From an uncultured virus (IMG/VR IMGVR_UViG_3300017754_004896) (taxonomy: Duplodnaviria; Heunggongvirae; Uroviricota; Caudoviricetes), in IMG/VR virus record IMGVR_UViG_3300017754_004896: a stretch of 64,000 bases of DNA. One strand, given 5' to 3'. Below the pieces are notes generated by a model that searched no databases, was not told the origin of the DNA, and saw only the letters and a program-made list of their open reading frames with translations. The position numbers and the translations under genes are program-made. Below, one piece after another: positions 19,783 to 29,805 of the stretch (positions within the stretch are counted from its first letter, which is position 1; each line of letters begins with the position of its first letter).

Positions 19783-20360
19783 GCGCGAACCATCACCCGC
19801 ATTTTCTGCACGAACTTCAACCCTGGGATGGCCGCAGGTGTTGCACCCTTCGGGGAGAGCTTCAGGTATGCCTTCACCTTCTTGTCGTCCACACACAGGT
19901 ACTCCCGAGGCACCAACGCTTCGTCCTCGATTTCCCAATCCCAGGCCTCACTCATGGAGAGCCCCTGGGCCTTCGGCTGCGCGACGAAGGACACATCCGC
20001 CTGCCCCTGTGTCGCGGCTAGCAATCGCATCGCCTCCATGTTCTTGGCGTCCACCTCACGGCGGTAGTCCGCCAGCATCGTCTTCAGGTGCATTTCCGCA
20101 GCCGTCAGCCACGACTGCGCGGGGCGGAACCAGCTCCGCACCTCCTCGACTACTGCCAACAATGGCTTGGTGACCCGCTGCTTCCGCTCCTCCAACTCCT
20201 TGTTCTGCTGCTTCACCTCCTTGAGGATCTTCGTGACCTCGCCAAAGGTCTCCTCACTGTCGATGACAGTAGCCTTGACGAGCTCGCACAGCTCCTGGTT
20301 CTCCTCTCCGATCTTCTCTAGCTCTTCTCGTTCCGCGTCAGATACTGTGATCGCCGCCAT
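19779..20360 (-). CDS. Gp157/Gam-like phage coiled-coil protein
   Basis: Helical N-terminus; C-terminal WEIEDEALVPREYLCVD..IPGLKF. Confidence 0.65.
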   Translation of the reverse strand: MAAITVSDAEREELEKIGEENQELCELVKATVIDSEETFGEVTKILKEVKQQNKELEERKQRVTKPLLAVVEEVRSWFRPAQSWLTAAEMHLKTMLADYRREVDAKNMEAMRLLAATQGQADVSFVAQPKAQGLSMSEAWDWEIEDEALVPREYLCVDDKKVKAYLKLSPKGATPAAIPGLKFVQKMRVMVRA

Positions 20361-20580
20361 CTCCTCGTACCTCCATCAAACTTTCTGCGTGAATCTCGCC
20401 TTGCGTGGCAAACTCAATGTCCTTCGCCTTGTCCCACCGCCGGAGCGTCCCTCCTCGGTACAACATATCCAGTGTCAGCCGGCTGACCTGGGAATTCCGG
20501 CTCAACTCCGTGATAACGGAGCCGTATGTGCCGCCCGTCGTCTTTACTTGGGCATCTACCCACGCCTTTAGTTCATTCAT
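20338..20580 (-). CDS. Small Cro-like HTH protein
   Basis: ELSRNSQVSRLTL..AKDIEFATQGEI pattern. Confidence 0.6.
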   Translation of the reverse strand: MNELKAWVDAQVKTTGGTYGSVITELSRNSQVSRLTLDMLYRGGTLRRWDKAKDIEFATQGEIHAESLMEVRGDGGDHSI

Positions 20581-21059
20581 TGGCCTATCCTGGCTATGCC
20601 GGGTAGCGCCCGGCCCACCTTCACCAGCCCGATGCCCACAGCATCGAGCATATTGTGCTTAGTGCTCTTAGCACAGCCGGCCGCCTCGATCACCTTACGT
20701 TCGCTCTCTTCCAGTTCCCGAAGTATCCGCGAGTAGAGGATCTCGTCGGGAACCTGCTTCTTCCACTCGTGCGGGTAGACCGTCTCGATACATCCGTCCT
20801 GCGCCACCGCGCGAGCCAGCAACCCTGCACGATAGGCCAGCGTGATCAGGTCGTTGGGCGGCACCGGCTGCCGCCCCGCCGGGTAGACCCTCGGAAGCTC
20901 CACGATGGTCACGCCATCTCGTGGCGGCAGCGCATCCTTCTCCCGCCACTGGTACAGCCCACAGGCTACCAGCCGCTTCGTCGCGTCATCGAACCGAGCC
21001 CAGCCTGCACACTTCCCGGGGTCAATAGCTATCACAGCTCCAAGGTAACAGCCTTCCAT
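20577..21059 (-). CDS. RuvC-like Holliday junction resolvase
   Basis: IAIDPG, IVELP, YPHEWK, HNMLDAVGIG. Confidence 0.8.
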   Translation of the reverse strand: MEGCYLGAVIAIDPGKCAGWARFDDATKRLVACGLYQWREKDALPPRDGVTIVELPRVYPAGRQPVPPNDLITLAYRAGLLARAVAQDGCIETVYPHEWKKQVPDEILYSRILRELEESERKVIEAAGCAKSTKHNMLDAVGIGLVKVGRALPGIARIGQ

Positions 21060-22911
21060 CGCGCCCCCAAACTTGTTTCGCGTCCTTGCTCCAACATCGC
21101 GACAAGAGCGGCTCCGATACCTTCGGAGGCACGTCGGGCAACCACGGTGCTGCCCCCTTCTCCATCAGTCGCCCGAGCTCCATCGCACAATCGTGCCCCT
21201 TCTCCTCAGGAGCTTCGACGATAAACTCGTCATGCACGTAGTTCACGATTCGCGAACCGTACAGCACGCTGCTTTCGTCTACATAACAAGCACGACTAAT
21301 CAAGAAGCCCGCAGCCCCTGTTGCGTCCGCACCTAGGCCTTGGAATAACGTATTGCAGGCCTGTGTGTAACTACACTTCCCGCGCACCCTCTGAGAGTAC
21401 AGCTGTTGGATGTCGGTCCTAGAATCTGCCCCGTCGAACTGATTCCCTATGAACTCCATGTACTGCGACATCTCCCGCCACTTCTTTCGCCACACGTTGT
21501 TCTTGAGCTCCCTTGCCTCCTCGATGGTCAGCTTCAGCTGGTAGTTAGCTTTGGCGTAAAATGTTAGGGTCTCAGCCCCCAACCCTCCAGGACACCCGAA
21601 GTTACACACCTTGCCCATTTGCCGGGCTCTGTCCACCTCCTTGTCCTTGCCCTTCCTACGACGAAGCGCCTCCTCGTAGGGAATTTTCAGAATGTACGCC
21701 GCAATCTCTAGGTGAGGGTCTCTGCCCTCGTTCAGTGCATCCCCCAACGTAGAAAACCCGAACATGGAGTAACAAACCTGCGCGAGAGTTCTCAATTCGA
21801 GCCCGTCATAGTCAGCGCAAGCAAACACTCGACCAGGCCGGGGCACGAAACACTCCCGAATCCCTGCGAGTCTCCGGATATTCTGAATGTTGGGCGCACT
21901 AGATGAGGTCCTGCCTGTCTCAAGCAGCGTATTGAACCGAGAATGTATGGGCAACCAGCGTCCCTGCTCAAGCATAGGAACGTCTTTTGACAGCACCGTC
22001 TTATACTTAGTTAGCTCTGCATATCCCTCCAACACAGGGTCGCCGCATGATGTGCAAGCCTCGTTATCGGTGCAAATCTCCCCCTTGTCCGTCAACCTGC
22101 AGCTGTCCTTGCCCCCCATGACATCCGCCATTCGGGCCCTGACAGCTGCAATGTTTCGCGTTCCGTCAGCCCTTATCAGCCCAAACTCCTTGAGGCACTC
22201 CTCGAATTCGGCATATAGAGAATTCGTTTTCTCGATAAGCGCCGCCACCCTGTGCGGATTCGTACGAATCCCCCAACATGTCATCAAGTAGATCCACCAG
22301 GCCTTCCGAACCTGATTCGCTTCGTCTACTAGGAAGTTGCCGTTCCCCCTCTCACGGTCGCGCTCGGCCTGCGCCAAGTAAACCTCAAGGGTCGCCTCGG
22401 CGTCTTTCACAGGGTACATTCGAGCCCCCTCCGGCCACGCCTCAACCGGCACGTCTCGGAACTCCGAGTACCGAAGCCGCCACTCGTCCTTCTCTAGCTG
22501 AATCTTGCACATTCGCCGAGCCACAGCTTCTAGCGAATACTCCAGCTTCACCCAGGCCCCACTCGAAGCGCGAAACCCCCCCAGCTTGCCCTCCCCTAGG
22601 TCGAGCAGCTTCTGACGCACCATGGTATCGTGTACTCGATTTTCCTCGTACAGTCGAAATATGGTGGGCATGAGCTCCGGCCACTCCGCCGCTAACACTG
22701 CATGATCGAAAGCGATATTGTGGCCGGCAAACTCGACGTTGGGCTTGTTCACCTGCTCAAGCCAAAAGTCCTTAGCCCCTGTCCAATGAACAAGCCCGCT
22801 ATGCTCGTCCCTCTCACCCTTGTTCGAGAAGGCATACGATAGACAGGTTATCGCAGGAGCCCCCTTCCCTTGGGCGATCAACGCTGTTTCTGTGTCCCAG
22901 GCGACGAGCAT
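21022..22911 (-). CDS. polA: Family A DNA polymerase (3'-5' exonuclease + polymerase, no 5' nuclease)
   Basis: WDTET, HNIAFD, TGRTSSSAPNIQN, motif A DYDGLELR, motif B RQMGKVCNFG, motif C VHDE. Confidence 0.95.
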   Translation of the reverse strand: MLVAWDTETALIAQGKGAPAITCLSYAFSNKGERDEHSGLVHWTGAKDFWLEQVNKPNVEFAGHNIAFDHAVLAAEWPELMPTIFRLYEENRVHDTMVRQKLLDLGEGKLGGFRASSGAWVKLEYSLEAVARRMCKIQLEKDEWRLRYSEFRDVPVEAWPEGARMYPVKDAEATLEVYLAQAERDRERGNGNFLVDEANQVRKAWWIYLMTCWGIRTNPHRVAALIEKTNSLYAEFEECLKEFGLIRADGTRNIAAVRARMADVMGGKDSCRLTDKGEICTDNEACTSCGDPVLEGYAELTKYKTVLSKDVPMLEQGRWLPIHSRFNTLLETGRTSSSAPNIQNIRRLAGIRECFVPRPGRVFACADYDGLELRTLAQVCYSMFGFSTLGDALNEGRDPHLEIAAYILKIPYEEALRRRKGKDKEVDRARQMGKVCNFGCPGGLGAETLTFYAKANYQLKLTIEEARELKNNVWRKKWREMSQYMEFIGNQFDGADSRTDIQQLYSQRVRGKCSYTQACNTLFQGLGADATGAAGFLISRACYVDESSVLYGSRIVNYVHDEFIVEAPEEKGHDCAMELGRLMEKGAAPWLPDVPPKVSEPLLSRCWSKDAKQVWGRDGRLLPWSCDSY

Positions 22912-22931
22912 AGCTTCCTCCTAGCAAGGTA

Positions 22932-23414
22932 TCAAAGGTCGGGTTGTTGTCCTTCCCACGAGCCCCAATTATGTCGGGTGAAATCCAAGCCCTTCTTCGT
23001 TACTACTGCCTCGGTCGAAACCCTGACCCTATGCCCCTCGAACATTGTCTCTGTCTCGCAAGCCTCCATCAAGGTTTCGTCCAAGGTTGCCAAAAAGCCC
23101 TGAACTTCCGGCGTTTCAAGGTCGCCTGACTCTATCTGGAAAAGCGCCAGCATGAACGCCTTTATTGAGGGCAACGCAACCGACCTGTCACGCAGACTCT
23201 GGAACCAGGTAGCCCTGGACCCCGGCCGGTGCTGGGGCATGTCGCTCTCCACTACACGGAACTCTACAATAAATGCATCGCCGCTTTTTCTCGTTGTCTT
23301 GAATATGGTCTTTTTGACTTCGAGAAGATAAGTCCCTCCCGCCGTCAAGTAGATTCCACGCTCGCTCAGCTCTGCCTCAGCGGTACCTGCAAACGGATTG
23401 AATATGCCTGCCAT
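22932..23414 (-). CDS. Putative single-stranded DNA-binding protein (OB fold)
   Basis: GTYLLEV..GDAFIVEFRV; lies between helicase and polymerase. Confidence 0.6.
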   Translation of the reverse strand: MAGIFNPFAGTAEAELSERGIYLTAGGTYLLEVKKTIFKTTRKSGDAFIVEFRVVESDMPQHRPGSRATWFQSLRDRSVALPSIKAFMLALFQIESGDLETPEVQGFLATLDETLMEACETETMFEGHRVRVSTEAVVTKKGLDFTRHNWGSWEGQQPDL

Positions 23415-23458
23415 GTTGTTTTCCTGATACTGGTTTTGTGTTTTGGGTTATGTGCCGC

Positions 23459-25375
23459 CTATTCTGGCGGCTGTGACTCTGCGAAGCGCAGGTCTTCTTT
23501 TCCGGTGACCTGTGCTTCCTCGATAGTTGACATTGTTACGTCTGCCAACAAGAGCTTTTGGGGTTGTCCTAACGTGTCTAGCTGGTATTTGGCATCCGCC
23601 ATCGACTGGTAGAAGTGTTTCAGGTGCTCAATGCACCCCACCAGCACGTCAAACCCTACCTCATCTGCCTGCTGTCCGTCTCTGTGTGTCCTTCCGATGA
23701 CTTGCTCCCACTGCAGGGCGTTCGGCATCACGCTGGTAATCAGATTCTCGTTCCACGCCTGAAGGTTTCGTCCCTCGCTGTTGGACCCGATACTCGCAAT
23801 GAGAGGTGTGCCCGGCTTGTGATCGTCGATGAACCGCTTTCTAGCGTCGAGCCCCTGTCTCCCATAATACGGGATACCATAGAGCTCTTCCATCTTCTTG
23901 CCGACTTCAACGTGCTCAACCCAGATTATCCCGCCGTTCTTGACCGCCCAGTCCTTGCACTGGTACAGAACGGATTCGGTAAGCCAGACAGTTTCTGTCT
24001 TGGGCTTGAAGGTGGGTTCTATGTCCTTCCACGCAGCGAGCGTGTCTTGCCCGTCTATCCTGCCATCCCGTATGGCGTTCGCGATCATGAGCGGCGAATC
24101 AAGCCCTTCCTTGTGCTTGGAAAGAACCTGCCTCACCAGACGGTTCCAGTTCTTTCTTGCCTCCATCCAGTCCTTCGGAGGAGCCGGGTTCCACCGGTAG
24201 TAAAACCCCAGGGCTAGCTGCTTGGCCGCCCGATATATCTCAACTGGATCTGAAAAATCTACCCCGTCAGGTCTCGACCACTCTTTTCTAAGGGTATAAA
24301 AAGCCCCCAGTATGACAACCACATCAATGATACGAAGCTCTTGAATCGTCAAGCTCGCGTCAATGTCTGACGAAGGGGTTATGACTACCCCAGGGGTTTC
24401 AGAAAGTCTTCGCTGGAACCCTCGACGCACGGAAGACAGGGCTTCGCTTTTGCTCCTCGCGGCACTCTGCAGCTCTTCCTTGTTACAGAACCGGAGCAAC
24501 GCTCCAGGATTCTTGCGCCTGCCGTCAATGACTTTCTCATCGAGAGCTAGTGCCCATTCCTCCACTTCGGTGTATGTCGAGGGGATGGGCCTATCATTTT
24601 TGTGGGTCCACTTCAGTAGGTGGGCATAGTCGTTTAGGCTGCGCTTCGTGATTGTGCCAGAAAGCGCAACGAAAACAGTTTCAGGGTTTGCATCCATGTA
24701 CCGAATCACACGACGAGTGACCGCGGCATCCCGGTTCTTCAACTTGTGTACCTCGTCCGCGATGATGAGGTCTGGCGCCATCTCTACCAGGAATAGCTCT
24801 CCTGAAAGACGAGATAGCTTCTCATAGGACTGTATCTTTAGGTGCTCGGGGATCAGCCAGTGCTTGTACAGTTGGGCGGCATCCCGCTGAGTTTTCTTGA
24901 TGAGCTTCGCGGGGACGAGCAGAAGCGGGCGCTGCGCATCAAGGACAGTCGCGGCCAAGAGTGATATCAACGTCTTGCCCGCGCCTACTCGAGCCGGGCT
25001 AAAAATGCCCTGGTGTTTTCCTTCTGCCTTCGCGACAGATAGGTCCCGAAGAGCCTCCGCCTGCACCGGGCGGAGGCTCATGGTTCCTGTGTTCGTCTTG
25101 AGAATTGCAGTCATCTCTGATGCGAGCCAGACGAGGTCTACCTGTTCGTCGTTCTTTCGTGGCAGCTTCAGAATACGCTGAATCTCGGGGGTATCTCGAA
25201 CTACACCCCCTGCCAGACGGCTCCTCGGTCGCAGCAGGTTCTCCTTGATGCCCGCCTCGAAAGCCTCTTTCATCCGAGCTTCTCGGGCCTGCTGCATCTT
25301 CGCCGCGATGGCCTCAAGCTTGGCCCTATTCTGGCTATAAGAGGGGGCATGCTTGAGTTCATCTAGGCTAAACAT
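23459..25375 (-). CDS. Superfamily 2 helicase
   Basis: VGAGKT, DEVH, LSGT, EGRNLQ, QVIGRTHRDGQ. Confidence 0.92.
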   Translation of the reverse strand: MFSLDELKHAPSYSQNRAKLEAIAAKMQQAREARMKEAFEAGIKENLLRPRSRLAGGVVRDTPEIQRILKLPRKNDEQVDLVWLASEMTAILKTNTGTMSLRPVQAEALRDLSVAKAEGKHQGIFSPARVGAGKTLISLLAATVLDAQRPLLLVPAKLIKKTQRDAAQLYKHWLIPEHLKIQSYEKLSRLSGELFLVEMAPDLIIADEVHKLKNRDAAVTRRVIRYMDANPETVFVALSGTITKRSLNDYAHLLKWTHKNDRPIPSTYTEVEEWALALDEKVIDGRRKNPGALLRFCNKEELQSAARSKSEALSSVRRGFQRRLSETPGVVITPSSDIDASLTIQELRIIDVVVILGAFYTLRKEWSRPDGVDFSDPVEIYRAAKQLALGFYYRWNPAPPKDWMEARKNWNRLVRQVLSKHKEGLDSPLMIANAIRDGRIDGQDTLAAWKDIEPTFKPKTETVWLTESVLYQCKDWAVKNGGIIWVEHVEVGKKMEELYGIPYYGRQGLDARKRFIDDHKPGTPLIASIGSNSEGRNLQAWNENLITSVMPNALQWEQVIGRTHRDGQQADEVGFDVLVGCIEHLKHFYQSMADAKYQLDTLGQPQKLLLADVTMSTIEEAQVTGKEDLRFAESQPPE

Positions 25376-25381
25376 ACGGCC

Positions 25382-26860
25382 TCACTTTCCGAACAAACGA
25401 TCAACGAACCGACGCATCATTTTCTCAATGATTGCATCCATGAGCGCTTCGGCCTGGGCTTCGCTCAGCCCCGGGAAGACCCCCGATGCCCTGACCTGCT
25501 CAGGTGCGAGTTCCAAGCTGCCCACGGGTGCCGCAACGGGTGCCGGCGCCGCAACGGGTGCCGGCGTCGCAACGGGTGCCGGTGCCGCAACGGGTGCCGG
25601 TGCCGCAACGGGTGCCGGTGCCGCAACGGGTGCCGGTGCCGCAACGGGTGCCGGTGCCGCAACGGGTGCCGGCGCCGCAACGGGTGCCGGTGCCGCCACG
25701 GGTGCCGGTGCCTCGACAGGGGCCGCAACGGGTGCAGGTGCCGCAGACGCCTTTTTTATCTTCCTCACCCTGTTTAGTTTCTCCACAGGACTAGGCGCGG
25801 CAGGAACTGCCGGCGCTGCCGGCGCAGAAACGAATGCCGGCAAAGTATCCCCTGCGTTGACCTGGCCGGGGGATACCAAGGGAGAAGCCGCCACGAGTGC
25901 CGGTGCCGCCACGGGTGCCGGTGCCGCCACGGGTGCCGGTGCCGCCACGGGTGCCGCCACGGGTGCCGCCACGGGTGCCGGTACCGCCACGGGTGCCGGT
26001 GCAGTCGCCTCCCCCCTCTCCACCCGCCTTCTTTCTGCCATCTGCCTCAACGCACTCAGACTAGATATCGACATTTTTCCTTCCTTTCCTTCTGGTGTAT
26101 GTAACAGCCCATTCTCCGCCCGATTTCTCTCCCGGAAATCCGAGAAAAAGGCCTTCATTTGCTCTTTCGGATTCAACTGACACATCTCGCGAAAGCAACA
26201 TCCTCCAAACTTGTCGCAAGCTTCCGCTTTGAATGGGTATTCCTTAGCGCTACTGTACATGCCGAGCATTCTCAGCATTTCATGCCCAACGCGGAGCACC
26301 TTCTCGTTCGTGATTTCGACCGCTTGAACGACCGGCATCGAGACGCGTGTTTTCTTCGTGGCGAAGTTGCTCGTGTCTACGTAGTTCCACTCGAGGTCAA
26401 CGACATCGCTGCGAGTCACCCGGTTTGCGTGCAATGCGTAGCAAGCCGCTTGAGTGTCTACGAGCAGCGCCGCCTCGTCCTTGGCCCAGTGCAAAGCACT
26501 GGTGGTCTTGTGGTCTCCAATCAAAGGCACCGGAAGGTCCAACCGCTGCCAGTCTATCCGGCCACGCACCCGGACCTTCTCGTCCAGCCAAAAGTCGAAC
26601 GAGGTCTCAATCTCTAGCCCAGGAGTCTTGGGTGCAGGCAGCTGCTTGATCAGCGCAAACGCCGCCTTCCCCTCCCGTTGTGTCACATCCGGCGCCGACG
26701 CGTTCAACAACCAGTTTTCCAGCAAGGTATGGACATTCTGTCCGAATTGCGCCGCAGGTGAGCTTGGGCTCCTAAGCCCGTCCACCTTCTGAAATGCCCA
26801 CTTTCGAGGACAATCAGAAAAAGTCTCTGACTGGCTAACTGATGTATTGACAGTTTGCAT
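25382..26860 (-). CDS. PD-(D/E)XK Cas4/RecB-like nuclease with Pro/Ala/Val repeat tail
   Basis: CPRKW, GRID, DHKT, Q..CY, C..FGGCCFREMC; C-terminal (PVAAPA)n. Confidence 0.88.
   Translation of the reverse strand: MQTVNTSVSQSETFSDCPRKWAFQKVDGLRSPSSPAAQFGQNVHTLLENWLLNASAPDVTQREGKAAFALIKQLPAPKTPGLEIETSFDFWLDEKVRVRGRIDWQRLDLPVPLIGDHKTTSALHWAKDEAALLVDTQAACYALHANRVTRSDVVDLEWNYVDTSNFATKKTRVSMPVVQAVEITNEKVLRVGHEMLRMLGMYSSAKEYPFKAEACDKFGGCCFREMCQLNPKEQMKAFFSDFRERNRAENGLLHTPEGKEGKMSISSLSALRQMAERRRVERGEATAPAPVAVPAPVAAPVAAPVAAPAPVAAPAPVAAPALVAASPLVSPGQVNAGDTLPAFVSAPAAPAVPAAPSPVEKLNRVRKIKKASAAPAPVAAPVEAPAPVAAPAPVAAPAPVAAPAPVAAPAPVAAPAPVAAPAPVAAPAPVATPAPVAAPAPVAAPVGSLELAPEQVRASGVFPGLSEAQAEALMDAIIEKMMRRFVDRLFGK
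25524..26003. repeat. Two blocks of 18-bp coding tandem repeats (GCCGCAACGGGTGCCGGT) encoding PVAAPA
   Basis: Blocks at ~25524-25745 and ~25892-26003. Confidence 0.9.
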
Positions 26861-26992
26861 TGCACAAGCACTCCGACTTGTTTAGATTGTAAACAGATAA
26901 CTACCCAAGGCGGATAGCCTTCTCGGGAACTCGAACCTCGAATCTTGAGCTTGAAACGGCGCTGGGCGCCTTGCTTGTGCTTGAATGCGTAT

Positions 26993-27020
26993 ACTATAGC
27001 TCCTGGCTTTCCAGGTGCAA
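26993..27020 (-). promoter_or_regulatory. Putative sigma70 promoter TTGCAC-N16-TATAGT with palindromic spacer
   Basis: Upstream of the nuclease/helicase/polymerase operon; CCTGG..CCAGG dyad in the spacer. Confidence 0.5.
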
Positions 27021-27028
27021 GTACTTTC

Positions 27029-29623
27029 TTAGGTCTCTTCGGTCAAAGTGTCCTTTTCGAGGGCCTTCAACACGTCCTGGCTGTGCCAGTTGTCCTCCAG
27101 CCACTTCTCGAACAAGTCCAGCCGCAGGTTGCGGTAGTACACGGCTTCGTTCCCAATGCTTCCTACGGACTTGGAACGAGGGCCTCGGCGAGCCTCCGTA
27201 ATAGACTCAAACGCGATCTTCAAGTCATCCCTGGGAATCTTATGGTCGCCCGGCAGGTAGCGGTCCCACATATCGTGAAACGCCAACTGCGTCAGACACA
27301 GCTTCCTGTTTTGGATCTTGATCTTGTTCCTCAACCCGGAGAACGCTGTCCGTGGCTTTCGCTTGTCTAGCGTATCCAGCAAGAAGTTGTAGATCCAAAG
27401 CATCAAGAGACTATTAGGTCCACCCGATATCGCGATCTCCTGCATTAGGAATTCGTCGGGCTTCGTCCCGAATCGAGCTCTCTCCGCGAAAGCCCATTTG
27501 TGCTTGAGATACTTCGCGTGCTGCAGGAACTCCTGATTCTCTTTGGCTTGCTGTATTCTACTGGACCCGGCACTAACCAAGAAATCTGCAGCCGACTTTG
27601 ATACCCTCACTCGGAAACACCTATCCGCTAGCGCCTCCATATCATCGTTCGTCAACGCCTCTTTCTGGATGCCCAGCAACGAACGGGCATTGTTCGCGCC
27701 GACCACGAATCGGTAGCACCCGGAAATCTCCGCCAATGACATATGCTTTCGGTTGAATGTGTGCTTCCTCTTACTAATTATTGATCGAAACTGTGCTGTC
27801 TTGTCCGCAGGGAAGTGCTCGTCAAAGAACACGACGGGGGTTTCCAGCAAAGCGCTTCCCGGAAAAGCACCGAAAGCGACATCGGGAGTCGCGTAAGAAG
27901 TACCCCAACAATACGCCAACATCTCAGCAAACAGTGACTTTCCTGTACCCTTAGGCCCGAGCAGCAACAGCATTGAAAGCGGGTGCTCAAGGTCTATGCT
28001 CCACCCTATCCACTGCTCTAGTTGCTTGAGTTTCTCAGGACCCTCTTCCTCGCAAAGCGCCTCCAGCCATCTCCCTATGAACTCACTCTTCTCTGTAGGA
28101 GCATCCTTCAAGGACATTGCCGGCAGCACGAGAGTGTTTACGCGATGTCCGTCCGGCTTTAGGTATTTGGGAGTAGTCGCAAACATAGACAATTCTATGT
28201 CGGCATCGACTCTGCCGTATTCTTCCGTCAAGTCTATTATGTTCTTTCTGACTATCATGCCCCGCTGGTCTGTCTTGTGCAATTCCAACCCTAGGGCTTC
28301 TTTCATAGACCCCAGAACTTTATGCACAGATACATCAACGGTTCTGTCTAGTAGTTCCCTATATGACATAACAAACGGGGAATACACATAGAAGCTTGTT
28401 TGACTGTTTACAATCAGCAGCCGCTTCAACACCCCTCGAGAAAACCCCATACGGGCTGCTTGTTCGTCCATTTGCTCTTGGGTGAATGTGGTATCCCCCA
28501 AGAACCCTAGAACGTCATCCGCTACCTTCTTCTCTTGCTCCTCGAGAACTCCCCCCTCTTCCTGCTTCCTTCGCGCTAACTGTTGCGCCCCTCGAAGCAG
28601 GTCGAGCACCTCTTTCGCCTCTGTCGGCTTGCTCGCCTTGTCTTCCTTCTCTTGATTCACCCGTATCAACAGGACCTTCAAGAAGGCGTCGAATATCTCC
28701 TCGGGAGTCCGGTCTATGAAGTACTCCCCCAGCGCCAAAGTAAGCGGCAACCAGAACCCGTTGTGACGATGCCCCTCCTCCGGCAGGCGCATCCGCGTCT
28801 CTTTCCCGGCACGGATATCCTTCAACCACGCGGCACAGGCCGCTGAAAAGTACTCCTCCTGCCTGTCTCCGCTCCCGCTCTTCTTCGTTAGCTTAGAGAT
28901 GAGCCCCTTCAGGTGCTCTCGCATCAACGGAACGTCACTAAACTGGGTTTCCTTTGGAGCGGCCCCAGGAACGGGACCTGGAGCGGCTCCCGGCACGACC
29001 GCAGGAACGACCGCCGCGCTCTTCCCTACGTCCTTCAGGTCGTCCACATCGAGCGCCAACCCGTGATTGTAAATGACGATATCATGCTCCCACATCCCAT
29101 CGGCCCCCGCGGGATACGACAAGTAGGGCATATAGTAGATTCGTCCTACGTTCTTGCAGGCCGCATCCGCGACGCTCCCCCCGGACAACTGCCCGAAGGT
29201 CTCGTACAGCGAAGCCCACACGACATCCCACTCTTTCGGCTCGACCGCCCGGTTGAAGGGGACCACTAGCCGGAGCTTGTACACGCCCTTCTGCTCAATA
29301 GATTGCCGGTTGCTCCAGGTCGTGTACATCAGCGACTCAAGCCGCAGATCCTCCAGGAGACCCATCAACTCGGAGATATCCGCGAGACTGATCGCGTCGA
29401 AGTCGAGTACTCCGAAGTACACCGCGAGAACGTTCTCCCCCGACCGCCGCTTGTCCTCTCCCTTCTTGAACACCCCCGGAAAGAAACAAGGAATGTCCTT
29501 CTTTTCCCGCACTTTCTCGTCATACCGATGCTGGAACAGCTCCGAAAACGCTCGAATGTCCAGAAATTCCTCGGTGACTGAGGTCAAATCCGAGGTGATA
29601 TGAGGGAAAAGTGTTACCTTCAC
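27029..29623 (-). CDS. Primase-helicase (primase-like N-terminus, SF3-like P-loop domain)
   Basis: VLDFD, YTTWSN, KLRLVVP; Walker A GPKGTGKS, Walker B VVFFDE. Confidence 0.85.
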   Translation of the reverse strand: MKVTLFPHITSDLTSVTEEFLDIRAFSELFQHRYDEKVREKKDIPCFFPGVFKKGEDKRRSGENVLAVYFGVLDFDAISLADISELMGLLEDLRLESLMYTTWSNRQSIEQKGVYKLRLVVPFNRAVEPKEWDVVWASLYETFGQLSGGSVADAACKNVGRIYYMPYLSYPAGADGMWEHDIVIYNHGLALDVDDLKDVGKSAAVVPAVVPGAAPGPVPGAAPKETQFSDVPLMREHLKGLISKLTKKSGSGDRQEEYFSAACAAWLKDIRAGKETRMRLPEEGHRHNGFWLPLTLALGEYFIDRTPEEIFDAFLKVLLIRVNQEKEDKASKPTEAKEVLDLLRGAQQLARRKQEEGGVLEEQEKKVADDVLGFLGDTTFTQEQMDEQAARMGFSRGVLKRLLIVNSQTSFYVYSPFVMSYRELLDRTVDVSVHKVLGSMKEALGLELHKTDQRGMIVRKNIIDLTEEYGRVDADIELSMFATTPKYLKPDGHRVNTLVLPAMSLKDAPTEKSEFIGRWLEALCEEEGPEKLKQLEQWIGWSIDLEHPLSMLLLLGPKGTGKSLFAEMLAYCWGTSYATPDVAFGAFPGSALLETPVVFFDEHFPADKTAQFRSIISKRKHTFNRKHMSLAEISGCYRFVVGANNARSLLGIQKEALTNDDMEALADRCFRVRVSKSAADFLVSAGSSRIQQAKENQEFLQHAKYLKHKWAFAERARFGTKPDEFLMQEIAISGGPNSLLMLWIYNFLLDTLDKRKPRTAFSGLRNKIKIQNRKLCLTQLAFHDMWDRYLPGDHKIPRDDLKIAFESITEARRGPRSKSVGSIGNEAVYYRNLRLDLFEKWLEDNWHSQDVLKALEKDTLTEET

Positions 29624-29661
29624 GGGACACCTGTGGCTTCTACTTTGAGGTTGTGCCTAGA

Positions 29662-29689
29662 AGCATATCGCAACAGGAAGCGCTGGCAA
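29662..29689 (-). promoter_or_regulatory. Putative sigma70 promoter TTGCCA-N16-TATGCT
   Basis: About 40 nt upstream of the primase-helicase start. Confidence 0.45.
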
Positions 29690-29805
29690 GGATTATCCGG
29701 CGCGACATCCCGAAGTAACGGAAATCACTCTAGATTGCTTCTGCCCGGCCGGCAGCGGTAGTCTCTCCTCGGTGCGTGGGAGGCTATCCGGCCCACGGGC
29801 CGGCG

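Noticed and set aside
25353..26180. 275-aa plus-strand (GAATGA)n ORF
   Set aside because: Antisense shadow of the PVAAPA repeats in the nuclease gene
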